Assembly: GCA_042408215.1 (NCBI GenBank)
Contig: JAYFMW010000028.1
Location: 160,001-224,000, forward strand
Direction of reading: 5' to 3'
Length of the DNA: 64,000 bases
Source: Microcoleus sp.
GTDB taxonomy: Bacteria; Cyanobacteriota; Cyanobacteriia; Cyanobacteriales; Microcoleaceae
A model generated the notes under the pieces. It did no database searches and was not told where the DNA came from. It was given only the letters and a program-made list of their open reading frames with translations. A program made the position numbers and the translations under genes. Of this stretch, positions 30,172-39,632 are shown one piece after another. Each line of letters begins with the position of its first letter. The first letter of the stretch is position 1.

Positions 30172-31017
30172 ATGAAAGAGCAAAATATCAAGGATGGAAT
30201 TGGGAAAAAGAAAAAGCATTTTTTCTTTCTTTTACCTTTTGTTTTTTGCCTTTTAAATCTAGTGACTGGCTGCGTTCAGTACGATGTCGGGGTAAACTTT
30301 GACAGTCAAACTCGCGGCGAAATCTTACAGCATATTAAACTGGGGGACAAGTTAACTAGCTTCAGTAGCGAAACTGTTGGAGAATGGTTGAAAAGTGTAG
30401 AACGTCGGGTGCGGTTGCTAGATGGGAAGACTAAACGGCTGTCGGATCAGGAAGTTTTAGTGAGGATTCCTTTCAACAATGGCGCTGAGTTAGAAGCAAA
30501 GTTTAACCAATTTTACAACCCGATCGCACCAACAGACAAATCTAGGGTGGTAACTCCCCTAGAAACGGATTTGCCGAAGTTTGAATCTCACCTTAGCGTC
30601 AAGCAGAATAATTTGTTGCTGGTGCTGCGAAATCGGTTAACTTTGGAGTTGGATTTGCGATCGCTCTCTCTGCTTTCCTCTAACGGTAGTCTTCTGGTTA
30701 GTCCAGGGGGGCTTTTGGAGCTAGACTTTAGCTTAAACACGCCTTGGGGTGCTCAAAGTATTGAAACAGTCGCCGGTGCGATCGTTCCCGAAAGTTATCT
30801 AGAGGGAAAACAGTTAGTTTGGAAGCTGAAACCAGGGGAAATTAATTATTTGGAGGCTGTATTCTGGATTCCGAGTCCAGTAGGAATTGGTGCAGTTATT
30901 ATTGCCTTATTTGTGGCGGCTGGTATTTATTTGAAATATCAACTATTGCCAGCAATTGGGAGCGGCAAAAAAACGCAGAAAATCGCGCAAAGCTCAAGCA
31001 TTTTTCCTGGCATATAG
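30172..31017 (+). CDS. DUF3153-like lipoprotein/membrane protein
   Basis: LVTGCV lipobox-like motif, IPFNNG.EL..KFN.F, W.L.PGEIN.LEAVFW.PSP.GIG and a C-terminal TM helix. Confidence 0.75.
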   Translation: MKEQNIKDGIGKKKKHFFFLLPFVFCLLNLVTGCVQYDVGVNFDSQTRGEILQHIKLGDKLTSFSSETVGEWLKSVERRVRLLDGKTKRLSDQEVLVRIPFNNGAELEAKFNQFYNPIAPTDKSRVVTPLETDLPKFESHLSVKQNNLLLVLRNRLTLELDLRSLSLLSSNGSLLVSPGGLLELDFSLNTPWGAQSIETVAGAIVPESYLEGKQLVWKLKPGEINYLEAVFWIPSPVGIGAVIIALFVAAGIYLKYQLLPAIGSGKKTQKIAQSSSIFPGI

Positions 31018-31129
31018 CAATCCTTTGATCTAGGACCAGATTAGATCAAAGGGGGAGCATCTGTCAATAAAAAATTACCAAATGGCCAATAGTTTGCCTA
31101 GCATAAATTGAGAATTAGGAACCGAGAAA

Positions 31130-31507
31130 ATGCGAATACTAAACTTCTTCTTCATCTTTCTGATTTGCTTAGCTCTAGTTTTGTTCAGCATTGAGAATAC
31201 AGAGCCGACTACTATTCAAATTATCAAAGGCTTTCAAGTTAAAGCTCCCTTGTCAGTAGAACTAATTATAGCAACTGGATTCGGGGCAATTCTAGCGTGG
31301 CTTTTTAGTTTGTGGTCGAGAATGCAGCGAATGCTCGCCTCCCGCGCTGAGACTCGTCAAGTTCGCCAAAAAGAGCAGCGCATTCAAGCATTAGAACAAG
31401 ATCTCGAACGCTATAAAGCTGAAGTAGAAGCAAAACAACCTTTGTTAGAAAGTGCAGAATCGTCAAGTGTGGAAGATGTAAAGACTGCGGAGGCGATCGC
31501 CAATTAA
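31130..31507 (+). CDS. LapA (DUF1049)-like membrane protein
   Basis: TM-FS.EN...APL-TM followed by a coiled coil. Confidence 0.75.
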   Translation: MRILNFFFIFLICLALVLFSIENTEPTTIQIIKGFQVKAPLSVELIIATGFGAILAWLFSLWSRMQRMLASRAETRQVRQKEQRIQALEQDLERYKAEVEAKQPLLESAESSSVEDVKTAEAIAN

Positions 31508-31623
31508 ATAGGAGATCTAGATGAGAGAGATATTCTGTTTTTGGAAAAGGTAAATCTAGAATCTAGAATCTAGATTCTAGATTCTAAAAAATCTAAAATC
31601 TAAAATCTAAAATCTAAAATCGA

Positions 31624-32445
31624 ATGACTGTTTCCAAAGACCAAGATGGTTTAGAAACGATTTCTGAGGGGATCGCAATTTTAATTGACCTAGCAGAACG
31701 GGGAGAAATCAATCCTTGGGACGTTAAGGTGATTGAAGTGTTCGATCGCTGCTTAAGCAAGCTTACTTCGGCTCGTGATGCCGATTCGAGTACGGATTTT
31801 GCCGATTTGTCCCACTCCGGTCAAGCATTTTTGTATGCTTCGATGCTGGTGTTGCTCAAAGCAGAAAGTATTGTCCTCTCAGAATCCCCGGCGCATCCCG
31901 ACTTACCAGATGAGGCCGCACTCGAAGATGGATCACACTCAGGAGGGCGACATTTACCGCAGCATTTGGAGCGGCAACTGCGCCGCCGTGGTGTAGCTCA
32001 ACTACCGCAAAAACGCCCGGTGACTCTCCCAGAATTGATCGAGCAGTTGCAGCTCATGAAAGCAGCAATGGAGCAGACTGTCACCCCCCGGCGTCGCCAA
32101 CCCTCAAAAATGCGCTCCCAAGCGGCGCAGGCTATATTTGAGCTGGCTCACCAAGAAAATCTGGTGGAAACTGCTAGTGAACTAGAACGGTTTCTGGCCG
32201 AACGCGGCCCGGAAATTGACGAGGGTTGGCTCGACTTGGAGAAACTGCTGGAACTTTGGCCTCATCACGATTTGCACTCGCCTGTTGACTCAGAACTTCC
32301 GGTATTGACGGAGGAAGCACACTTGCCAAATCATGACCGCGTGGGCATTTTTTGGGCGCTGTTGCTGCTGTCGGCTCAGTCTAAAGTAGAGTTGGTTCAA
32401 GAGGAGTTTTACCGAGACCTCAAAATCCGGGCGCTCTCCAGTTAA
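31624..32445 (+). CDS. scpA: Segregation/condensation protein A (kleisin)
   Basis: GEINPWDV, SGQAFLYASMLVLLKA, VTL.ELI and FWALL.LS..SKVEL.QEEFY motifs. Confidence 0.88.
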   Translation: MTVSKDQDGLETISEGIAILIDLAERGEINPWDVKVIEVFDRCLSKLTSARDADSSTDFADLSHSGQAFLYASMLVLLKAESIVLSESPAHPDLPDEAALEDGSHSGGRHLPQHLERQLRRRGVAQLPQKRPVTLPELIEQLQLMKAAMEQTVTPRRRQPSKMRSQAAQAIFELAHQENLVETASELERFLAERGPEIDEGWLDLEKLLELWPHHDLHSPVDSELPVLTEEAHLPNHDRVGIFWALLLLSAQSKVELVQEEFYRDLKIRALSS

Positions 32446-32703
32446 ATGGGAATCAAGGTTCTTGGGCCGAAACTAATAACTATGTGGCTGCGTCGGTTAA
32501 TATTCCAGACAGTCGGTCCAGCGCTAACTTATTCCTGATTCCTGATTGCTTAAATCCAGCTTCATCTGGAATAAATGATTGATAGCCTGGTACGCTGTCG
32601 CCTAGAAACAGGTCAGGATTTTGCTGCGATCGATTGATGCGATCGCAACCGCTAGGATCAAATTGTTGAGTTGATATCAATAACAGAGGGTTGAGGAAGT
32701 TAA

Positions 32704-33867
32704 ATGAAAGCGATGATTCTGGCGGCCGGTAAAGGCACTCGCGTCCGTCCCATTACTCACACAACGCCCAAACCGATGATTCCCATTCTGCAAAAGCCAG
32801 TGATGGAGTTTTTGGTTGAATTGCTCCGCCAGCACGGCTTTGACCAGATTATGGTAAATGTTTCTCACCTGGCTGACGTGATTGAAAATTACTTCCGTGA
32901 CGGTCAAAAGTTTGGGGTACAAATTGCCTATTCTTTTGAAGGGCGGATTGAGGAGGGCAAAATGATTGGAGAGGCCCTCGGTTCGGCTGGCGGCATGAAG
33001 CGGATTCAGGACTTCTCGCCGTTTTTTGACGATACTTTTGTGGTGCTGTGCGGGGACGCTTTAATTGACTTGGACTTGACTGCTGCTTTGAAGTGGCACC
33101 GGGAAAAAGGGGCGATCGCTACTATTGTTATGAAATCGGTTCACCGTCAAGAGGTTCCCAGTTACGGAGTTGTCGTCACTGACGATTCTGGCAAAGTTAA
33201 AGCATTCCAAGAAAAACCCTCCGTAGAGGAAGCTCTGAGTACCGATATCAACACTGGTATTTACATTTTTGAACCAGAAATATTCGATTATATTCCCTCT
33301 GATACACAGTACGATATCGGTTCGGAATTATTTCCCCACCTCGTAAAAATAGGCGCGCCTTTTTACGGGATTAGCATGGACTTTGAGTGGGTGGATATCG
33401 GCAAAGTTCCTGACTATTGGCGAGCTATTCAGAGCGTGCTGCTCGGACAAGTTAAAAATGTTTCTGTTCCGGGAATTGAAGTGCGCCCCGGCATTTACGC
33501 TGGTTTGAATGTAGCTGTGAACTGGGACAAAGTTGATATTACTGGCCCTGTTTACATTGGCGGGATGACTAGAATTGAGGATGGAGCAAAAATTATCGGC
33601 CCAACCATGATCGGTTCAAATTGTTGGGTGTGCCGCGGTGCAACTGTGGAAAATAGCGTGATTTTTGAATATTCCCGTTTGGGGCCAGAAGTGCGGTTGG
33701 TTGACAAACTGGTGTTCGGGCGCTATTGCGTTGATAAAACCGGGGCTGCGATCGATTTGCAAGCAGCGGCTCTCGATTGGTTGATTACTGACGCCCGCCA
33801 AGTTTTGCCGACTCAAGTTGGAGAAGAACGGCGGGCGATATCTGAAATTCTCGGTATTGCTGAATGA
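32704..33867 (+). CDS. cugP: Sugar-phosphate nucleotidyltransferase, cyanobacterial CugP-type UDP-glucose pyrophosphorylase
   Basis: MKAMILAAGKGTRVRPIT...PKPMIPILQKPVMEFL, FQEKP, WVDIG and a C-terminal hexapeptide region. The subfamily call is from memory. Confidence 0.75.
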   Translation: MKAMILAAGKGTRVRPITHTTPKPMIPILQKPVMEFLVELLRQHGFDQIMVNVSHLADVIENYFRDGQKFGVQIAYSFEGRIEEGKMIGEALGSAGGMKRIQDFSPFFDDTFVVLCGDALIDLDLTAALKWHREKGAIATIVMKSVHRQEVPSYGVVVTDDSGKVKAFQEKPSVEEALSTDINTGIYIFEPEIFDYIPSDTQYDIGSELFPHLVKIGAPFYGISMDFEWVDIGKVPDYWRAIQSVLLGQVKNVSVPGIEVRPGIYAGLNVAVNWDKVDITGPVYIGGMTRIEDGAKIIGPTMIGSNCWVCRGATVENSVIFEYSRLGPEVRLVDKLVFGRYCVDKTGAAIDLQAAALDWLITDARQVLPTQVGEERRAISEILGIAE

Positions 33868-33919
33868 TTGGTAATCAGTAATTAGTTATTGGTTATTGGT
33901 TATTGTGAGTTACTACCAA

Positions 33920-34122
33920 TTACCCATTACCCATTACCCATTACCCATTACCCATGCCCCATGCCCCATTACCCATTACCCATTACCCATTACCCATGAC
34001 TAATGACTAATGACTAATGACTAATGACTAATGACTAATGACTAATGACTAATGACTAATGACTAATGACTAATGACTAATGACTAATGACTAATGACTA
34101 ATGACTAATGACTAATGACTAA
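33920..34122. repeat. STRR tracts, (TTACCCA)n then (TGACTAA)x18, between convergent genes
   Basis: Read directly from the sequence. Confidence 0.95.
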
Positions 34123-36132
34123 CTAGGACTGAAGATAAGTGTACTGACTGAGACTCCGCTCGTAATTTTGCAGCAAAAGTTGAGCCTCAGAAAGAGTAAT
34201 TTTATTTTGCTGCAACGCTTCCTCTGTCTGACGGCGGATGCTTTCAATCAAACTTTCTGCATCGTACTGTACATAGCTGAGGACTTCTTTCATCGTGTCA
34301 CCTTTCACAACGTGTTCGATCTGATAGCCAGAAGGCGTTAGCTGAATGTGAACTGCATTTGCATCGCCGAATAAGTTGTGAAGGTTGCCCATAATTTCTT
34401 GATAAGCACCTCCCAAAAATAGCGCCAAATAGTAAGGTTCTCCGGGTTTGAGACTGTGCAGTTCCAAAACAGACTTCACATCTCGCAAATCGATAAATTG
34501 GTCGATTTTGCCATCGCTATCGCAGGTGAGATCGGCTAAAGTTCCTCGCTGAGTCGGTTCTTCATCCAGTCGGTTAATTGGCATAATTGGGAACAATTGG
34601 TTAATAGCCCAACTGTCGGGTACTGACTGGAAAACGGATAAGTTGATGTAATAAATGGAAGCCATCACTTTTTCTAAGTCTTCCAAATCCTCCGATACAT
34701 ATTCTTTTTGCCGCGCGATAGTCTGTATTTTATCGCAGCAAGCCCAGTACAACTGTTCGGTTTTAGCCCGTTCCGCAATTCCCAAATAGCCTAAGTTAAA
34801 TAAACTGATTGCTTCTTCCTTAAATTGGATAGCATCGTGATAGACTTCTTGGTAATTTTCTGGAGTAATAGATTGGTAGATTTCGTAGAGATTACGAGGA
34901 ATTTGGTGGGCGTTTTCGTCTACCGGTTCTGGTACTTCTCGGAGCACCTCGCTCGTACCGAGTACATCAAAAACTAACACTGATTGATGAGAAGCGATCG
35001 CCCGCCCGCTTTCGCTAATTAAAATTGGTACTGGCAATTTTCGCTCGTCGCAAGCATCTTTCACTCCCGCTACTACGTCGTTAGCGTAGTTCTGCATATT
35101 ATAATTTTTGGAAGCGTGGAAGTTAGTTTTAGAACCGTCGTAGTCAACGCCGAGTCCGCCACCGACGTCCAAGTAGTTCATATTAGCTCCCAATTTAGCT
35201 AATTCTACATAAATGTGACTGGCTTCTCGAATGGCTTCTTTGATCACGCTAATTGAGGAAATTTGAGAGCCGATGTGGAAGTGCAATAGTTGCAAACAAT
35301 CTAGCATTCCAGCTTTTTGAAGTTCGTCAACAGCCCGGATAATTTCAGGAATAGTCAAGCCAAATTTTGCCCGATCGCCCGTTGAGCCTCCCCAGCGGCC
35401 AACACCTGTGGTGCTGAGTTTTGCCCGCACTCCCAAAATCGGTTTAATTCCTAATGCAATGCTCGCTGCGATCGCCAGTTGCACTTCCTCAATTTGCTCT
35501 AGCACAATTACTGAAGTTTGCCCTAGTCGCTGTGCTAAAATTGCCGTTTCTATATATTGGCGGTCTTTGTAACCGTTGCAAATTAACAAAGCACCGGGGG
35601 TTGTTAAAGTCGCCAAAGCGATCATTAATTCCGGCTTAGAGCCGGCTTCGAGCCCGAAGTGGTGAGGTTGACCAAAACGCACCAAGTCTTGAATTAATTG
35701 TCGGTGCTGGTTGCATTTGACTGGAAAGACACCGCGATAGACATTTTTGTAATTATAGCGGGCGATCGCTCTGGCAAAACAAGAATTTAACCGCTCGATC
35801 CTGTCTTCCAAAATATCAGAAAATCGAATCAGCAGCGGCAGTGCCAAATTTCGCTGTTTCAGGGATTCCACCAGTTCGCACAAGTCGAGGGAACCGCCGC
35901 GATCGCCCTTGGGAGAGACAGTAACATTACCGGCGGCATTGATCGAGAAATACGGTTCGCCCCAACCTTGAATTCGGTACAGTTTCTCGCTATCTTCGAT
36001 CGTCCAAGATTTTTGTGGCAGTTGGGCAACAGTGGCTTCATCAGTTTCTGGTGTGGCTAAACTTGTGACTGTTGGTGGTTGAGTCGATAGCAGATCGAGA
36101 TCGGAGCTCGCAGCAGTGGTTGGGGAATTCAT
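34123..36132 (-). CDS. speA: Biosynthetic arginine decarboxylase
   Basis: VFPVKCNQ (PLP Lys), GLEAGSKPEL, LHFHIGSQ, DVGGGLGVDYDGS, DLTCDSDG and GAYQEIMGNLHNLFG motifs. Confidence 0.97.
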   Translation of the reverse strand: MNSPTTAASSDLDLLSTQPPTVTSLATPETDEATVAQLPQKSWTIEDSEKLYRIQGWGEPYFSINAAGNVTVSPKGDRGGSLDLCELVESLKQRNLALPLLIRFSDILEDRIERLNSCFARAIARYNYKNVYRGVFPVKCNQHRQLIQDLVRFGQPHHFGLEAGSKPELMIALATLTTPGALLICNGYKDRQYIETAILAQRLGQTSVIVLEQIEEVQLAIAASIALGIKPILGVRAKLSTTGVGRWGGSTGDRAKFGLTIPEIIRAVDELQKAGMLDCLQLLHFHIGSQISSISVIKEAIREASHIYVELAKLGANMNYLDVGGGLGVDYDGSKTNFHASKNYNMQNYANDVVAGVKDACDERKLPVPILISESGRAIASHQSVLVFDVLGTSEVLREVPEPVDENAHQIPRNLYEIYQSITPENYQEVYHDAIQFKEEAISLFNLGYLGIAERAKTEQLYWACCDKIQTIARQKEYVSEDLEDLEKVMASIYYINLSVFQSVPDSWAINQLFPIMPINRLDEEPTQRGTLADLTCDSDGKIDQFIDLRDVKSVLELHSLKPGEPYYLALFLGGAYQEIMGNLHNLFGDANAVHIQLTPSGYQIEHVVKGDTMKEVLSYVQYDAESLIESIRRQTEEALQQNKITLSEAQLLLQNYERSLSQYTYLQS

Positions 36133-36605
36133 AAAAACCTCACGGAAGTTTGGAAACCCAGCGGCTTGAGCCTAGGGAGGAAAAGCGACACGGGATGCTT
36201 TAGCATCCCTTGAATATTCTTAAAATCCATCAGAAAATTGGGCGGAGCGAAGCGCAGGGTTGAAACCCCGTCCTAAAAGGACGGCTTTGTTTGATTCGAT
36301 AAATTAGTTGCCTACCTCTTGCGAGGTGGAGGGGTATGGTTGCCCCTCCCTTGGAGATATGGTTGTCTCCATTTTTTCCCTTTCGGGTAATGTTCGCTTC
36401 GCCAATGTTATAAGAGCTTTTTACGCTGAAAGCACTGTTCCAGTGACCTTAGAACTGTTTAACTAGCAGCGACAGAGCAAGGGACTAGCGTCGCATCCCA
36501 GGGTGTCTTGACTCAAATAACGTAGTCAGCTAAGACTTAGGCTGGTCAGAATGGCTTGTTTGATTACTCTTGCAAGCCCCGTCCCTTAAGGGCGGGGTTC
36601 CTGAC
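36133..36605 (-). mobile_element. Non-autonomous IscB-type IS200/IS605 element (omega-RNA plus end hairpins, no ORF) inserted immediately before the speA ATG
   Basis: Starts GTCAGGAACCCCGCCCTTAAGGGACGGGG; contains end-type hairpins GCCGTCCTTTTAGGACGGGG and TTCCTCCCTAGGCTCAAGCCGCTGGGTTTCC; followed directly by ATGA. The right boundary is inferred. Confidence 0.75.
36378..36605 (-). ncRNA. HEARO / IscB omega-RNA scaffold
   Basis: Ordered HEARO-like blocks: GTCAG..hairpin..CTGACCAGCCTAAG, GACTACGTT, GACACC..GGATGC..GCTAGTCC..GCTCTG, TTAAACAG, ACAGTGC, AACATTGGCGAAGCGAACATTACC. Confidence 0.8.
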
Positions 36606-36787
36606 CTTGTCGGAAACCTCAAAATGACTGGTCGAATAGATAGTTTATCAAAAATTTGGGTTTCCTGATGTACTTGAAAATGCACTTGTTCTTTATAGGG
36701 CGATCAAGTAGGGGCGATCGAGCTGTGAGAAGTTCGATCGCCCGCGATAATTCATCCCCTTGGAAAAGTGAAAGTATCAAAAAAAGG

Positions 36788-38230
36788 CTAACCGAAAATC
36801 TCTTCCGGCGGCGCCATGTCAGCCCCCATAACCATTCCCCCATGACTGATAGACTTCTTCAAACCCGGTTTAGGCGCTGTTTCTTGGCGTTTCTGAGCCG
36901 GCGCAACAGACGGCGGTTTCACCTGGGTTTGGGGTACCGCCTGAGCCCCCGGCACAACGGGTTGCTGCGACAGCCAAGCCAAACCCCCCACCGCCCCAGC
37001 CATCAAAGCTGTGTAGCCCAGGTACAAATGCACCGGATGCATTTGAAACCCGTCCGTTGACGAGGAGTCGGAAACAGACAAATACGGGTTCACAATTTGA
37101 CTCGGCTCTGGCTTGGGTAAAGCATCCGCCATAGCATGGCCGTCTAGTCCTAAAGCGTCCCCGATCCGGCGGATAAAACCTCTCAGGTAAATATCTTGGG
37201 GCAATTTCTCGATTTCCCCATTTTCGATCGATTCGAGGTGGTGTAGCGGCACCAGAGTTTGATCGTGGAGTTGCTGGAGAGATAAGCAGCGAATTTGCCG
37301 TCCCTGGCGCAATTCTCTCCCCAACTCGCACAAGCAATCTTTCCGCTGTTGAACGGAAGGAGCTGCTGTCTCTTCAGGAGTGTTTTTCTGCCTCTTGGCG
37401 CTTCGACTTGGCTCAGCGACCCTATGACTTGGCTCAGCGACCCTATGACTTGGCTCAGCGACCCTATGACTTGGCTCAGCGACCCTATGACTTGGCTCTG
37501 TTACCCTATGACTTGGCTCAGCGACCCTATGACTTGGCTCAGCGACCCTATGACTTGGCTCAGCGACCCTATGACTTGGCTCAGCGACCCTATGACTTGG
37601 CTCTGTTACCCTATGACTTGGCTCTGTTACCCTATGACTTGGCTCTGTTACCGTATGACTTGGCTCTGTTACCGTATAGCCGAAGGAGCTTCCGGGAGCG
37701 ACTACAGCCAGGGGTGTAGCCAACGGACGCAGTGCCGGTGTCCCTACGGTTTCGTCTGTGGGCGGTTGTTTGCTTTTTTCTGAGGTGTCAGTATCTCGAT
37801 CGCGGTATGTTGTCAAAGAGTCAGTGTCAGATTTTATTTCCGGGGGCGATTCCAAAGTAGCGCTCTTGCGATCGAAGACAGCAGCAGGTAGAGGCGGTTG
37901 CAATTCTGTAACAGCCACGGCGGCGGGAATTCCCGCAGCGAAACTCTCTTTCGAGCATTGGAGTTCAGTTTTATTTTGTTTAGGAAGCCGCTGAAATGCC
38001 AGCTTGACTGCTTCTCTGCTAACAGCCCTAATTAAAATTTCCGCAGCCGAAGCAGCTTCGCCCAACATGGTTTGCAAGCTAGCTAGAGCGTGGCTGTAAG
38101 TGTCGCTACAGAGGAGTTCAGCTTCTATTTGACTGAGGACAGAGCGAAAACTTTCTTCAGAAAATTCAATAGTTCTATGATCTGTCACCCCAGTTGTTAC
38201 CAGAAGAGAGGCATCGGGTTTCAGTGCCAT
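36788..38230 (-). CDS. XRE/RodZ-like helix-turn-helix membrane protein with a 13 x 7-aa repeat insertion
   Basis: LGRELRQGRQ...SLQQL...T.V...HL.SIE.G....LP..IYLRGFIRRI..ALGLD, then a TM helix. Probable start ATG 38230. Confidence 0.8.
   Translation of the reverse strand: MALKPDASLLVTTGVTDHRTIEFSEESFRSVLSQIEAELLCSDTYSHALASLQTMLGEAASAAEILIRAVSREAVKLAFQRLPKQNKTELQCSKESFAAGIPAAVAVTELQPPLPAAVFDRKSATLESPPEIKSDTDSLTTYRDRDTDTSEKSKQPPTDETVGTPALRPLATPLAVVAPGSSFGYTVTEPSHTVTEPSHRVTEPSHRVTEPSHRVAEPSHRVAEPSHRVAEPSHRVAEPSHRVTEPSHRVAEPSHRVAEPSHRVAEPSHRVAEPSRSAKRQKNTPEETAAPSVQQRKDCLCELGRELRQGRQIRCLSLQQLHDQTLVPLHHLESIENGEIEKLPQDIYLRGFIRRIGDALGLDGHAMADALPKPEPSQIVNPYLSVSDSSSTDGFQMHPVHLYLGYTALMAGAVGGLAWLSQQPVVPGAQAVPQTQVKPPSVAPAQKRQETAPKPGLKKSISHGGMVMGADMAPPEEIFG
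37403..37675. repeat. 13 x 21 bp coding tandem repeat (RV(A/T)EPSH)
   Basis: Unit GACTTGGCTCAGCGACCCTAT with a CTGTTACC variant. Confidence 0.95.
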
Positions 38231-38557
38231 GATATTTATGTAGTCATTGCTAGAAGTTATCTGAGTACGTTCTTCGACAGGTTGACACTGAATCAGGATG
38301 TCGGAATTGGGCCGAAAAGCATGGGGCCGAAAAGCATGGGGCATTGGGCCTTGGGCCTTGGGCCGAAAAGCATGGGGCCTGGGGCCTGGGGCCAAAAGGG
38401 CACTTGTACGCGAGCGTTGCCGAAGTATAGGGTCGAAAGGGCATGGGGCATTAATCTGCTTACTGACTAATAACTACTGACTAATGACTTCTTCCCTATG
38501 CCCAATGCCCTATGCCCAATGCCCTATGCCCTATGCCCCATGCCCTATTCCTTCTGA

Positions 38558-39148
38558 TTACTGTTTGTGTATGCGATCGAGCAACCAAAGAGAACCGACA
38601 ATCCCAACAAAGTGGGCAAAAGTAGCGTGAATGTTGGCCAGCACTACAAATATATCGAGGGGCTGAATGAATCGGCTGAAATCGACTGCTGCGCCGAACA
38701 AAACTTGCGGCTGAGATATAGATTTTACGAACAGCGTACCGCCGATCGCTTCTGCTCCGATCAGCGTCAGCAGCATTCCCGACAAATTGCTGATCAGTGC
38801 AAACCGCACTTCTTGAATGGTGTCTGCCTTTTTCGGGCGGACACCGGTGGCGGGCGATCGTAATTCTCTAGACAAGCGAGTAAAGCGAAAAGCCCGATAG
38901 GCGCTGTAGCCCAGGGCTAACAGCCCGCACACAGCAAAAAATACACCACCCCCCGTTCCAGCACTTGTCTGCCTCGTACCAGGGGCCCCACTCGACAGAG
39001 CAGACGGGATCGCCAGCAGCAAAATTAGCCCCGCCACCACGGCTAAGACTAACTGCACCCAGAAGCAAACCCAGCCTGCGGTCCGCAGGGCAAAGGCAAC
39101 TCGCTGTGCGGCTAGGGGAAGCCGATCGTTATCTAACTGATTTGTCAT
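38558..39148 (-). CDS. DUF3611 (Tic21-like) membrane protein
   Basis: GWVCFWVQLVL, NL.GMLLTLIG and IQPLDIFVV.AN...FAHFVGI motifs. Confidence 0.85.
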   Translation of the reverse strand: MTNQLDNDRLPLAAQRVAFALRTAGWVCFWVQLVLAVVAGLILLLAIPSALSSGAPGTRQTSAGTGGGVFFAVCGLLALGYSAYRAFRFTRLSRELRSPATGVRPKKADTIQEVRFALISNLSGMLLTLIGAEAIGGTLFVKSISQPQVLFGAAVDFSRFIQPLDIFVVLANIHATFAHFVGIVGSLWLLDRIHKQ

Positions 39149-39224
39149 ATTGTGAGAGAGTTTAACTGGTTGGGTTGAGTTGGGAGCAGTTTTTTTGGGT
39201 TTTTATTTTTTTAAGTAGGGACGG

Positions 39225-39280
39225 TTGACGGCGGGTTAACCCTCTTTACAATAAAAGAAGAAATGTTTAAGAATTGTAAC
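39225..39280 (+). promoter_or_regulatory. hli promoter with an imperfect HLR1 (RpaB)-like site
   Basis: TTGACG-16-TACAAT (39225-39252); GTTACAAT-TC-TTAAACAT on the minus strand at 39263-39280. Confidence 0.5.
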
Positions 39281-39331
39281 TAAGATTCGATTTCACATTT
39301 GAATAGCAGCGATCGCTAGATACCCAAAGCA

Positions 39332-39502
39332 ATGACACAACTACAACCCACCACCAATCCCAAGCTGTCACAGCCCAAGTTTGGCTTCAACAACTACGCG
39401 GAACGCCTCAACGGTAGAGCCGCGATGATCGGTTTTGTCCTAACTTTGATCGTCGAGTATGCCACAGGGCAGGGGTTACTCTCCTGGTTAGGGCTCAACT
39501 AA
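39332..39502 (+). CDS. hli: High-light-inducible protein (56 aa), missed by the ORF track
   Basis: MTQLQPTTNPKLSQPKFGFNNYAERLNGRAAMIGFVLTLIVEYATGQGLLSWLGLN*, with the AExxNGRxAMxGF chlorophyll-binding motif. Confidence 0.95.
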   Translation: MTQLQPTTNPKLSQPKFGFNNYAERLNGRAAMIGFVLTLIVEYATGQGLLSWLGLN

Positions 39503-39632
39503 TTTTAGCGTGCGGTCAGCCTCACACTCTGTTTGAAAAAGGCAAAAATGGGTGTGAGTTCTCCTGACCGTGACAAGTTCTGGAATTTATGAGAATATAT
39601 ATAAAGGCCAGAGTGAGAGCGATCGGGTATGT

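Noticed and set aside
36133..36605. Riboswitch or group I/II intron upstream of speA
   Set aside because: Sequence blocks and terminal hairpins fit HEARO/IS200-605 better; no group II domain V or group I core was recognised.
38231..38545. ORF extension MAPGPRPHAFRP... and overlapping small ORFs
   Set aside because: Made of GGGCCTT/GGGGCAT heptamer-type repeats; likely non-coding.
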